Positions 17,249 through 26,978 of a stretch of 64,000 bases of DNA are shown here, piece after piece. Below the pieces are notes generated by a model. The model did no database searches. It was not told where the DNA came from and saw only the letters and a list, made by a program, of their open reading frames with translations. Each line of letters begins with the position of its first letter. Positions within the stretch are counted from its first letter, which is position 1. This DNA is from Promethearchaeota archaeon (GTDB lineage Archaea > Asgardarchaeota > Lokiarchaeia > Sigyniarchaeales > SOKP01): assembly GCA_048938025.1 (NCBI GenBank), contig JBHLMP010000009.1, forward strand, positions 1 to 64,000, given 5' to 3'. The translations under genes were made by a program, and so were the position numbers.

Positions 17249-19045
17249 TTAAATGACCTTCTTATTTTGACCTTTAATTCTTTTAACGTAAACAACAGAT
17301 ATTCCTATAAAGCCAATAAGAATGATATAAGTTATAAATATATCATATCCAGTAATCAGATTAGAATCCTCAGAAGAGTTTTCTTTTAGAGTTTGACTAG
17401 GCACATAACCATTTTTACTTGTTGTAAGGATCATTCCATCTAATTGATCATTTTTGTAAGGTATTTCAGATTCTCCAGATTCAGATGTATTTCCTTTCCA
17501 TAAAAGATTACCATCTTTCACAACAGTTACAGTAGCATTTTCCACTGGTGATTGATTTGCTGTTACTTGAAGGGTTACAGACTCATTTGTATAAGAAGAT
17601 ATCATAATGTTAAGCTTTTCAGGTAAATCCAACCAAATAGGTACCTCAGGGTCTCCCAATAAGTTATACTGCTTCAAAGCTTTATCTTCCCATTCTGGAA
17701 AGTCAGCAGGTACCCCAGAATCAATTCTATCAACCATGTAATCTTCTTTAGCTAAGGCGAGAGCTTTACCGGGTTGATTATTTTGGAATAATTGTTCCCA
17801 AAAACGAAAAGCGATCCCTTCAGAATACCATCCCCCATTTTCACGTTCCCACCATTGATCTTCTCCCCAAGTGACTTGACTCGATGCAATACATCCAATT
17901 GCAGTGTTTTTTAAAAAATATTCAGCTAGACAGTCCTCTTCATAATCAAATGTGCCTGTGTAACAACTTAATATGAAGAACAAGCCAAATTTGGATTCTT
18001 CAGAGTCTACTGGAAAATAATAAGTATCTGTTAAATATCTCCATACTGAATCATCAATAGCTTCACCATCTCCGAAATATGGGTCATCAGTATAGTCGAA
18101 TAGTCCATCTTCATCATAATCTACAGTCCATTCTTCATAATGAAGCCCAGTTTTACTTCCATGAAAATTAAAAGTACCAATGCCACAACCGTTTTCAATA
18201 ACACTTTTAAAATTCACATAGTTTGAGGATAAGTCATAAGGGTAATCAGAGGTTTTAATACCAGTAGTAAGGGCAAGAATTGTACTACTCCAACTTTCTG
18301 GAAGATGGTTATTTAAGAAATTAAGAAAACGATTTCCATCGCATTCTCCAAAGTCTAAACTTTCACCCCCATTATTCCAATCTTGATTAAAAGCGAGAAT
18401 TGCAGAGGCATACACAGCGTGAGTCATCCAATTGCCTACTAAGGGATTTTTTTCATAATATAATAATTTTTGAACAAGATTTAACATTTCATTCTTATCA
18501 TTTGCGGGTAAACGACCTACATAAACTTCTGGCTCATAATCAAACGTATCGTTATGTCTATCTCCCCAATAACCATCATCATTTAAATCCCAATTATTAT
18601 TTAAATCAGTATAGAAAGAATCACAGCTTACAAAATCACCATCATAGGGATAATTATCATCAGATATTACAAGTAGAGAGGGAATATGGTTATTATCTCC
18701 GGCTAATAGCACCCATTTAGTATTATTATTGTTATGATATGAGATTATGCAGTTTTTAATGCGTTCTTCCGAATTTCTACCCGAATAATTGGTATAAATA
18801 CTCTGAACAGTTTCAATCTTAGTGACTAAACCCTTTTGAGTTTTCCATATTGCTAAAGGTTCCAAAGCATCTTTAAAATCATTAGTAGTAATGATTAGAT
18901 AGTCAACATTTGAATTTAAAACGGAATTATTTAAATAAGGAGAGAAAGAGATATCTATAGAAGATTTGGAATAACTTATAGATGTAGGAATTATACTGAA
19001 AAGAATAATTATTAGGAAAATAGTCAATTTTTTTTCTTTAATCAT
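17249..19045 (-). CDS. C25 (gingipain-family) cysteine peptidase with C-terminal membrane anchor
   Basis: YLIIT, VLLAGD, VGRLP, catalytic FHGS and SCYTG, YNLLGDP; C-terminal ITGY-TM-KR. Confidence 0.9.
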   Translation of the reverse strand: MIKEKKLTIFLIIILFSIIPTSISYSKSSIDISFSPYLNNSVLNSNVDYLIITTNDFKDALEPLAIWKTQKGLVTKIETVQSIYTNYSGRNSEERIKNCIISYHNNNNTKWVLLAGDNNHIPSLLVISDDNYPYDGDFVSCDSFYTDLNNNWDLNDDGYWGDRHNDTFDYEPEVYVGRLPANDKNEMLNLVQKLLYYEKNPLVGNWMTHAVYASAILAFNQDWNNGGESLDFGECDGNRFLNFLNNHLPESWSSTILALTTGIKTSDYPYDLSSNYVNFKSVIENGCGIGTFNFHGSKTGLHYEEWTVDYDEDGLFDYTDDPYFGDGEAIDDSVWRYLTDTYYFPVDSEESKFGLFFILSCYTGTFDYEEDCLAEYFLKNTAIGCIASSQVTWGEDQWWERENGGWYSEGIAFRFWEQLFQNNQPGKALALAKEDYMVDRIDSGVPADFPEWEDKALKQYNLLGDPEVPIWLDLPEKLNIMISSYTNESVTLQVTANQSPVENATVTVVKDGNLLWKGNTSESGESEIPYKNDQLDGMILTTSKNGYVPSQTLKENSSEDSNLITGYDIFITYIILIGFIGISVVYVKRIKGQNKKVI

Positions 19046-19244
19046 ATTTTATTCATTATCGAATTCGTCCAGTTTAACATTATTGTGCAGATCTTAATAT
19101 TTATAATTTATGAATGTCATAACTTGTTTTAATAAAATAATGACAATTCCAAATAATACCCATTTTTATTACACTGATTAAATAGAATGGTTAATTAAAA
19201 GAATATTAAGATGACTTAAATCAAAATGAGTATTTAGTGTATCT

Positions 19245-20105
19245 ATGAAAGTAGAATTTTATGCAGATATTAATAAATTCAATGAGCTAGTATTCCCATT
19301 CTTATTAAAACATGAAGCAGAGAATAATCTTCTTTTCTCAATTCTTAATTCTCTAAAGGAAAACATAAATACATATGGAGATAAAAAATCAATTTTAACA
19401 TTCATTACTGAAAATGATAATATAAAATTAGTTTCTATAAGAACTCCACCCCATAACCAAATTATATCGTATACAGATGACTTGGAAACTATTGATGTTT
19501 TAATTGATATGCTTATTAAAAAAAACATTGATATCCCTGGTGTTTTAGGTTATAAAGAAGGAGTCAAAAAATTTGTTAAGTTATGGTGTGAAAAGAAAGG
19601 AGTTAAATCACATTTAACTACTAATGAAAGAATTTATAAATTAGAACATGTGGAAGAAAAAACTTTAGGTAAAAAGAAATTTGTTAAGGCTACAAAGTCA
19701 AATGAAAAAATTGTAATTCAATGGGCAAAAGAGTTTATGTCAGAAGCTTTCCCTGAAAGATCCCAAGAAATGATAGAACAATCGATGAAAAGGTTAAAGA
19801 AAGCGATTTTGAAAGGCAAAATTTATCTATTATTAGATAATAATAAACCAGTTTCAATGGCACAGAAAGCAGGTAAAACACCTAATGGTAATTCTGTTAA
19901 TTTCGTGTATACACCCGCAGCATTAAGGAGAAGAGGTTATGCAACTGAATGTGTGGCTAAATTAAGTAAAGAAATTTTGAAAGAAGGAAATAAGTTTTGT
20001 TTCTTATTTACAGACTTAAAGAATCCAACTTCGAATAGCATTTATCAAAAAGTCGGTTATCGCTCTGTAATTGATGTAGATGAATTTCAATTTATCCCTA
20101 AATAA
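19245..20105 (+). CDS. GNAT family N-acetyltransferase
   Basis: VYTPAALRRRGYA and LFTDLKNPTSNSIYQKVGY motifs. Confidence 0.9.
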   Translation: MKVEFYADINKFNELVFPFLLKHEAENNLLFSILNSLKENINTYGDKKSILTFITENDNIKLVSIRTPPHNQIISYTDDLETIDVLIDMLIKKNIDIPGVLGYKEGVKKFVKLWCEKKGVKSHLTTNERIYKLEHVEEKTLGKKKFVKATKSNEKIVIQWAKEFMSEAFPERSQEMIEQSMKRLKKAILKGKIYLLLDNNKPVSMAQKAGKTPNGNSVNFVYTPAALRRRGYATECVAKLSKEILKEGNKFCFLFTDLKNPTSNSIYQKVGYRSVIDVDEFQFIPK

Positions 20106-20188
20106 CCAATTCTTTTAAAATAATAAAATAAAAAAAAGATACGAGAAAGTCTCCTGATTTTCTCCTGAAAATTTTTAACTAATTATTT

Positions 20189-20473
20189 TTATTTCTTTTT
20201 TGGTGGTAAGATTTCAATCTCGATTGATGAGACGTTGTTAGAAGTCCCATCATCATTAGTAATTGTCTCAGTAGCAATTATAATTTCTCCATAAGTACTC
20301 CCTTTAATAAAGTTATTAATAAGAATTTCTGCTACGTCAACTGCTCGGGATATAGATCGACCTCGGGCTAATAATCTCACTGCTTTTTCATTTAGAACAA
20401 CCATAGCAGCCATTACATAATTCATTGACTTCTTTTTACCAATAAAAACTTTTGAGTCATCATCTCTAGCCAT
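20189..20473 (-). CDS. albA: DNA/RNA-binding protein Alba
   Basis: VFIGKKKSMNYV, ARGRSISRAVDVAE and VSSIEIEI motifs. Confidence 0.93.
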   Translation of the reverse strand: MARDDDSKVFIGKKKSMNYVMAAMVVLNEKAVRLLARGRSISRAVDVAEILINNFIKGSTYGEIIIATETITNDDGTSNNVSSIEIEILPPKKK

Positions 20474-20745
20474 TAATTCTCACCTTTTCTATGCTTGGTT
20501 TATACCTTTCTTTTTTATGCTTTCTAATCTTTTGTATTCCTTATATGTGTTTTAAATGCCAATTATCTATAGATAATTATATGTTATAAACCATATTCAG
20601 TTTTTAAGATTTTGTAATTTTATAATAACTTTGAAAAAATTAGGACAACATAATGACTCAATGAATTATAGAGTGAAATAATCTTAATATTTTAAATTAA
20701 ACCTTAATTCATTAAAAAGAAAAAAAATGAATTTTGAATTTATTT

Positions 20746-22461
20746 TTACTCCTCGCGTAATAACTTTTTATCAATCTTTCCCACAACCGTAAGAGGGAGC
20801 TCTTTTGAAAATTCAATTACTTTAGGAACTTCATAAGGGGAACAATTCTCTTTAGCAAATTTTATTATATCTTCTTTTAATGCATCCACATTTCCATCAA
20901 ATTCGTACTCAGGGCTTATTTGTATATAAGCTTTCACTATTTCGGAACCCGGCCTATCTGGATTTGGTAACCCGATTAGAGCAATCATACCTACAGCAGG
21001 ATGCTTAGATAAAATATCTTCAACCTTTGTAGAAAATAATTTATAACCCCCCACTATTATCATATCTTTTGTACGATCTACAATTCTAAGGTACCCTCTT
21101 TCATCCATAATTGCGACATCTCCGGAATGCATATATCCATCTTGGTCAATAGCTTTTTTAGTTTCTTCAGGTTTATTATAATATCCTTTCATCACCATAG
21201 GACCTTTTGTACATATTTCTCCTGGCTCCCCTAAGGGAACTACTTCATTAGTATCAGGATCAACTAGTTTTAGTTCTGTATTCAATAATGGTAATCCAAT
21301 TGAACCCAATTTCCTCTCCTTTAAGAAAGGATTCATTGTAGTAAGAGGAGATGTCTCTGTCATTCCATAAACCTCTAGTAATTTACCCTCACCTACAATA
21401 CTTTCTAATTGTTTCTGCGATTCTACTGGGAATGGAGACGCAGCTGACATGCAGACTTCCAGACTTGAATGGTCCAACCGCTTAAATTTTCGAGTATTAA
21501 TCAATATTTGATAAAGCGAAGGTACATTTACAAGAGCAGTTGGTTTATATTTCTTAATCTCATTACAAATAGTTAAGGTATCTCTAGGATCTGGTATAAG
21601 CACTTGCCCCCATCCAAGATAAATACAATTTTCACAAAAAAAGGTACCTGCTATATGAAAAAATGGAAAACCTGATAATGCAATTTTAGCTCCTCTATCC
21701 CAACTAAGCCACTTTTGGACAATAAGTATATCAGAAACACAATTTCTGTGCGTTAACATTGCCCCTTTTGGAGGGCCAGTCGTTCCTCCCGTATATTGGA
21801 TAAGTGCTATATCATCAGGTGTTACAATGACATTTGGCGGATCTGTAGGATATTGAGCTAAAACATCATCATGAAAATTAAGAACTGTTTTATTTTCCAA
21901 TTGAGTAACTTCTCCTGAAGGAATTTCTCTGACAGCTCGAATTTTTTCTTGTTGTTCTTTTGGAAACATTCCAATAACACTAGTCCATATTACTAATTTC
22001 AATTGAGGCAATTTTGATTCAACATTCATTAATCTATGTTGGAAAATTGCATCTAAGGTCACCAAAGCAACTTTTTTGTCAACAGTACCTAAATCATTTA
22101 ATTGGTAATGCATTTGGACATCTGACATAAGCGGACTTACTCCAGAAACTATACATCCTGCTTTAAGAGTTCCAAGAAATGCAATCACATATTCAGGTAT
22201 ATTTGGTAAATTAATTCCCACTACGTCTCCTCTCTTAAATCCTTGTTTAATTAGCATATTTGCGAATTGATTTGAGTACTTATCCAATTTTCCATATGTA
22301 ATCTCTAAACCCTGATATGTCAAAGCCATTTTTTCAGGAAACGTTTCAATAGTATCTTTCACTGCTTCTGTAAATGAAATTTCAAATAAACTAGGATCTA
22401 AATCAGTTAATCCTTCATCCCAATTTTTGCGCCAGAATCGATCTTCATAAGGATTTGACAT
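20746..22461 (-). CDS. Long-chain fatty acid--CoA ligase (AMP-binding)
   Basis: YTGGTTGPPKG, YGMTETSP, SGD, DRTKD and VGKIDKK motifs. Confidence 0.92.
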   Translation of the reverse strand: MSNPYEDRFWRKNWDEGLTDLDPSLFEISFTEAVKDTIETFPEKMALTYQGLEITYGKLDKYSNQFANMLIKQGFKRGDVVGINLPNIPEYVIAFLGTLKAGCIVSGVSPLMSDVQMHYQLNDLGTVDKKVALVTLDAIFQHRLMNVESKLPQLKLVIWTSVIGMFPKEQQEKIRAVREIPSGEVTQLENKTVLNFHDDVLAQYPTDPPNVIVTPDDIALIQYTGGTTGPPKGAMLTHRNCVSDILIVQKWLSWDRGAKIALSGFPFFHIAGTFFCENCIYLGWGQVLIPDPRDTLTICNEIKKYKPTALVNVPSLYQILINTRKFKRLDHSSLEVCMSAASPFPVESQKQLESIVGEGKLLEVYGMTETSPLTTMNPFLKERKLGSIGLPLLNTELKLVDPDTNEVVPLGEPGEICTKGPMVMKGYYNKPEETKKAIDQDGYMHSGDVAIMDERGYLRIVDRTKDMIIVGGYKLFSTKVEDILSKHPAVGMIALIGLPNPDRPGSEIVKAYIQISPEYEFDGNVDALKEDIIKFAKENCSPYEVPKVIEFSKELPLTVVGKIDKKLLREE

Positions 22462-22597
22462 GTATAATATCCACCTTTAATTTTTAATAAAAAAATGAAG
22501 TTATTATAATTAATATTGATTGAATTAGTTAAAAAGTTTTAATTAATTTGAGATCTTTGACCTTTTTGATCAATTTTTAGGGGTCAATATGTATTTT

Positions 22598-23374
22598 TTA
22601 ATAAAATTTTCTTCTAAAATCTTTAATATATTGATCTTTATCTTCATATTCATACCAAGCAGAACCATATTTTTCTAATTCATACGCATCTTTATATGAT
22701 TTATCCATTAAATGGTTACTACATAATTTAATAGCATTTAGGACAGTTTGATTTTTTGGGAAGAGAAATTTAGCTTTATCCATAGCAGCTTCCATTAATT
22801 CTTCTTGGGAATCAACTATTTGATCAATTAATCCAATTTCTAATGCCTTTGTAGAACTGATCTTTTCAGCAAACATTAGAATTCTTTTTGTCCAAGTAAT
22901 TCCTATAACTCTTGTCATTAACACAATTGTACCGGTACCAGGAAAAATACCTAAATTTATTTCAGGCATCATGAAAATACTATCTTTAACAGCTATTCGA
23001 TAATCAGAGCAGAGGGAATAGGCAACACCGTCACCCATCGCCTTACCATTAATAGCACAAATGGTTGGCTTTCCATAATATATTAATTTCACAATAGAAG
23101 CAGCAGTTTGTTCATATTCCTTAACAGCAGCATGATTACTTCCATCTACAGAATCTATATCCATCCCTGTTGTAAAACTTGAACCATTTCCAGTTAAGAT
23201 AATTCCTCTTATTTTTTCATTATGTATACAAAACTCAATTGCTTTTTTAAGCTCCTTAAGCATTTTAATAGTTAAAGCATTTGCTCGTTCTACTCGATTT
23301 AAGGTAATTATACCAAATCTTTTTTTTATTGAAAATTCAATAAATTCTCCAAGTTCTAAACCTTCAAATGACAT
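22598..23374 (-). CDS. Enoyl-CoA hydratase/isomerase (crotonase) family protein
   Basis: ITLNR..RANA, FTTGMD, AINGKAMGDG and MPEINLG motifs. Confidence 0.88.
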   Translation of the reverse strand: MSFEGLELGEFIEFSIKKRFGIITLNRVERANALTIKMLKELKKAIEFCIHNEKIRGIILTGNGSSFTTGMDIDSVDGSNHAAVKEYEQTAASIVKLIYYGKPTICAINGKAMGDGVAYSLCSDYRIAVKDSIFMMPEINLGIFPGTGTIVLMTRVIGITWTKRILMFAEKISSTKALEIGLIDQIVDSQEELMEAAMDKAKFLFPKNQTVLNAIKLCSNHLMDKSYKDAYELEKYGSAWYEYEDKDQYIKDFRRKFY

Positions 23375-23418
23375 TTTTATTCCTTTTTATTCTTCTTTAG
23401 TTGAAAAATTTTTTAAAA

Positions 23419-24201
23419 TTATAGTAATGATAATTTTTCTCTAAAATCATTTATAAATTTACTTTTATTAGCATATTCAAACCAGCTTGAAGCTTCTTTT
23501 TCTAATTCATAAGCATTATGATAATTTTTATCAAGTAAATGATTTGAACATAATTTAATAGCATTTAGAACAATCTGGTTTTTAGGAAAGAGAAATTTTG
23601 CTTGATCTAAGGCAGTTTCCATTAAATCTTCTTGGGAATCAACTATTTGATCAACTAATCCAATTTCTAATGCTTTTTCAGAGCTAATCTTTTCAGCTAG
23701 CATTAACATCTTTTTTGTCCAAGGAATCCCGATAATTCTTGTCATTAATATTATACAACCAGTGCCCGGAAAAATACCAGAAAAGATTTCAGGATATTGA
23801 AAATAACTATCTTTGACACCTATTCTATAATCACAACATAAAAGAAATACAACACCTTCACCCAAACAACGACCATTTATAGCAGCAATCGCGGGTTTTC
23901 CATTAAATAATAACATACAAATCTCCGCAGCAGTTCTTTCAAGGTCTTTTACTGCAGTATTGTCACTACCATCAATAAAACCCAAGTCCATACCTGTACT
24001 AAAAGTTGTCCCATTCGCAGTTAGGATTAAACCTCGAATTTTTTCTGAATTTTGACAGTATTCAATTGCTTTTTTTAAAAATCTCAATTGTTCAACTGTA
24101 AAAGCGTTAGATCTATGAACCCTATTAAGTGTTATTATAGCAAATCTCTTTTTTACATCAAATTCGATGTATTCTCCAAATTCAAGATCTTTTAGAGACA
24201 T
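23419..24201 (-). CDS. Enoyl-CoA hydratase/isomerase (crotonase) family protein, tandem paralog
   Basis: FSTGMD, AINGRCLGEG and YPEIFSG motifs; closely similar to the neighbouring gene. Confidence 0.88.
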   Translation of the reverse strand: MSLKDLEFGEYIEFDVKKRFAIITLNRVHRSNAFTVEQLRFLKKAIEYCQNSEKIRGLILTANGTTFSTGMDLGFIDGSDNTAVKDLERTAAEICMLLFNGKPAIAAINGRCLGEGVVFLLCCDYRIGVKDSYFQYPEIFSGIFPGTGCIILMTRIIGIPWTKKMLMLAEKISSEKALEIGLVDQIVDSQEDLMETALDQAKFLFPKNQIVLNAIKLCSNHLLDKNYHNAYELEKEASSWFEYANKSKFINDFREKLSLL

Positions 24202-24288
24202 AAATAAAATTAATTTTCATTTAATAAAAAATAATAATAGTCTTAATGAATATAGTGAGTAATAGGTAATTTTTAATATGTAAAAAAT

Positions 24289-26373
24289 ATGCCTGTTCAT
24301 ATTACTGATTTCTTAGAAATAGAGTCTAATGGAATAAGAAAAAAAGATTTAATAAAAGCTCCAAGTTTAAAAAAAACCTTCATCTCAATTAATCAACATT
24401 TATATGCAAAATTAAAACAAACTGATACAGATACGCGGACTAGATCAAAAGAAATAATCAATCTCTTACTTTGTAAATTAAATGATGAAATTAATAAGGA
24501 TGATAATGAAATTTTAGACTTTTGTATTAAAAAAGGTGAATCAATAGAAGATTTGTATGATAGAATACAAAAGTTATTCGAGAAAAATGTTAAAGAGAAG
24601 TATATAGAAATCATAGGGGAAAATGAGCAAATCAGCTTAAATAAGGAACTCTTATATCTTATTGTGAATGAATTACAACACATATCGTTATTAAAATCTT
24701 CTAAAGATATATTGAGTGATGCGTTTGAGATTTTTGTAAGTAAGATTTTAAAAGATGAGGGAGGGCAATTCTTTACTCCTCCAAATATTATTGAATTCAT
24801 GGTACATTATTTAGATCCTCCTGTTGATTCAAAAATATTGGACCCTGCCTGTGGTCATGGAGGATTTCTTCTTGAAGCAAAAGAACTGTTATGGTTAAAA
24901 ATAACCTCAGAAGATAAAAGAATAATTTCAATCTCAAATTTGTTTGGTATTGATAAAGACCTCTTCTTAGCAAAGATTAGTAAATTATACTTAGAAATAT
25001 TGAGTAAGGGAAAGTCTTATATTTTTTGTGAAGATTCATTGGATCCTAAGAGTTATGGAACTCAAGCAAAAGAAGAAATAAAAGATAATTTATTTGATTA
25101 TATTTTTACTAATCCTCCATTCGGGGTTAAAATTCCTATAAACGATAAAGAAATTTTAAAAGATTACAAACTTGGTCATATTTGGAAAAATATTGGTGAT
25201 GGCTGGAAAATGCAAGAAAAGTTAGTAAAACAACAACCACCTCAAGTTTTATTTATTGAAAGGTGTATTCAGTTACTTAAAGACGGAGGAAAGCTAGGTA
25301 TTGTCTTACCGGAAGGAATATTCGGAAATCCTACAGATCGCTATATTTGGGAATATTTAACTTCTAATGGTAAAATATTAGCTATTGTCTCATTGGATCA
25401 GAATACCTTTCAACCTTATACATGTAATAAAACAAGTATTTTATTCTTTCAGAAATTGAATAATATTCCAGCAGATTATACAATTGATTTTGCAATTGTG
25501 GAAAATGTGGGACATGATAAAGATGGAAAGGTTTTATATAAATTGAATAAAGATGGAACTAAAAAATTAGATTCTGCAGGCTATCCAATAATAAACGATG
25601 ACCTCATAGGGTTACACTTAAAAATAAAAAAGGCTGAAGAATTTAACTATTTAATGGAACAAAAAATCTTTAAGATTAAATTTAGCCAGATTAAAGATAA
25701 AATTTTCATCCCGATTTATTATATCGGTGTAGAAAAAACTTTAAAAAAACTAGCAAACGATAAGAATTTCACACTTTTAAGTATTAAAAAGTTAGCAAAA
25801 CAAAAAATAATTTATACTAATAAGAGCGGTTATCTCCCACGAGGAGATGAAATAGGATCTCATGTATATGGTTTAGGAGATATCCCATTTATGAGGACGA
25901 GTGATATAAATAATTGGGAAATAAATTTAGATTCATATAAAAAGACAAGCGAAGAAGTTTATAAGCAATATAAACTAAAACAGAATATAGAAGAAGGAGA
26001 TATCCTATTAGTTAAAGATGGTGGGCCTAATTTGATTGGTAAAACTGCTTATATAACTAGGTTAGATACCCAAATAATAATTCAGAGTCATATATTCCAG
26101 ATAAAAGTATTAGAAAATAATGAATTTCTTGATTCTTATCTTCTTTTGTATTTATTGAATTTAGATATTGTGCAAAAACAAATTCAAGCAATTACTTTTG
26201 TTCAAGGAACAATAGCAACAATTGGAAATAGAATTATGGAAGTAATCTTACCAATCCCCTCGGATATTGAAAAAAGAAAAGAAATCTCAAGATATATAAA
26301 AAAGATTATTGATGAGAAAACAGAAATAAGGAAGAATATATCCAGATTATCTATAGGATCTTTTAATGACTAA
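24289..26373 (+). CDS. N6-adenine DNA methyltransferase (HsdM-like) fused to a target-recognition (HsdS-like) domain
   Basis: GQFFTP, LDPACGHGGFL, NPPF and LFIERC motifs; C-terminal IPFMRTSDI, GDILL and IPIP-like TRD motifs. Confidence 0.88.
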   Translation: MPVHITDFLEIESNGIRKKDLIKAPSLKKTFISINQHLYAKLKQTDTDTRTRSKEIINLLLCKLNDEINKDDNEILDFCIKKGESIEDLYDRIQKLFEKNVKEKYIEIIGENEQISLNKELLYLIVNELQHISLLKSSKDILSDAFEIFVSKILKDEGGQFFTPPNIIEFMVHYLDPPVDSKILDPACGHGGFLLEAKELLWLKITSEDKRIISISNLFGIDKDLFLAKISKLYLEILSKGKSYIFCEDSLDPKSYGTQAKEEIKDNLFDYIFTNPPFGVKIPINDKEILKDYKLGHIWKNIGDGWKMQEKLVKQQPPQVLFIERCIQLLKDGGKLGIVLPEGIFGNPTDRYIWEYLTSNGKILAIVSLDQNTFQPYTCNKTSILFFQKLNNIPADYTIDFAIVENVGHDKDGKVLYKLNKDGTKKLDSAGYPIINDDLIGLHLKIKKAEEFNYLMEQKIFKIKFSQIKDKIFIPIYYIGVEKTLKKLANDKNFTLLSIKKLAKQKIIYTNKSGYLPRGDEIGSHVYGLGDIPFMRTSDINNWEINLDSYKKTSEEVYKQYKLKQNIEEGDILLVKDGGPNLIGKTAYITRLDTQIIIQSHIFQIKVLENNEFLDSYLLLYLLNLDIVQKQIQAITFVQGTIATIGNRIMEVILPIPSDIEKRKEISRYIKKIIDEKTEIRKNISRLSIGSFND

Positions 26374-26421
26374 GTTATTCCTTATAAAAAATTTAAAAAG
26401 TTTGTTAAATATCTCAATAAG

Positions 26422-26859
26422 ATGAAAATTGAAAAATTTTCTATGGAATTATATGAAAATATAATTAATCTTTGGAGAAAGGCAGGAATTAATGTAGGGT
26501 CCACTGATACGAAAGAAGAAATAGAAAGAATGCTTAAAAGAAATCCAAATCTTTTCCTAATAGGTAGATTAAATGAAAAAATTATTGGTGTTGTGATGGG
26601 AGGATTCGATGGAAGAAGAGGATATATCCATCATCTGGCAGTAGAACCTGATTATCAAAAAAGAGGATATGGTAAAATGTTGGTAGATGAATTAATTGTG
26701 AGGTTTCATCAGATGAGAGTACATAAAATTCATTTATTCATTGAAAAATATAATAGGACTGTTGTTGATTTCTATAGAAATTTGGGTTGGGAAATTAGAG
26801 ATGATTTGATTATGATGAGTTATGTACCTGATAAAAATTTATACAAGATGAGAATATAA
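26422..26859 (+). CDS. GNAT acetyltransferase (YpeA-like)
   Basis: GGFDGRRGYIHHLAV, QKRGYG and FYRNLGW motifs. Confidence 0.9.
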   Translation: MKIEKFSMELYENIINLWRKAGINVGSTDTKEEIERMLKRNPNLFLIGRLNEKIIGVVMGGFDGRRGYIHHLAVEPDYQKRGYGKMLVDELIVRFHQMRVHKIHLFIEKYNRTVVDFYRNLGWEIRDDLIMMSYVPDKNLYKMRI

Positions 26860-26978
26860 CTTAGGTATTGTTCTATATTAATATATATATTCTGAAATTG
26901 ACTCTGATTTTTATTATAGTTTTAAATATCATTGAATTAATATTATTCATATTTACAGAAAATTCAAATTGATTTAAT

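Noticed and set aside
26891-26912. Possible sixth repeat copy (GAAATTGACTCTGATTTT)
   Set aside because: Only a short partial match to the core in AT-rich DNA, with no arms; likely chance.
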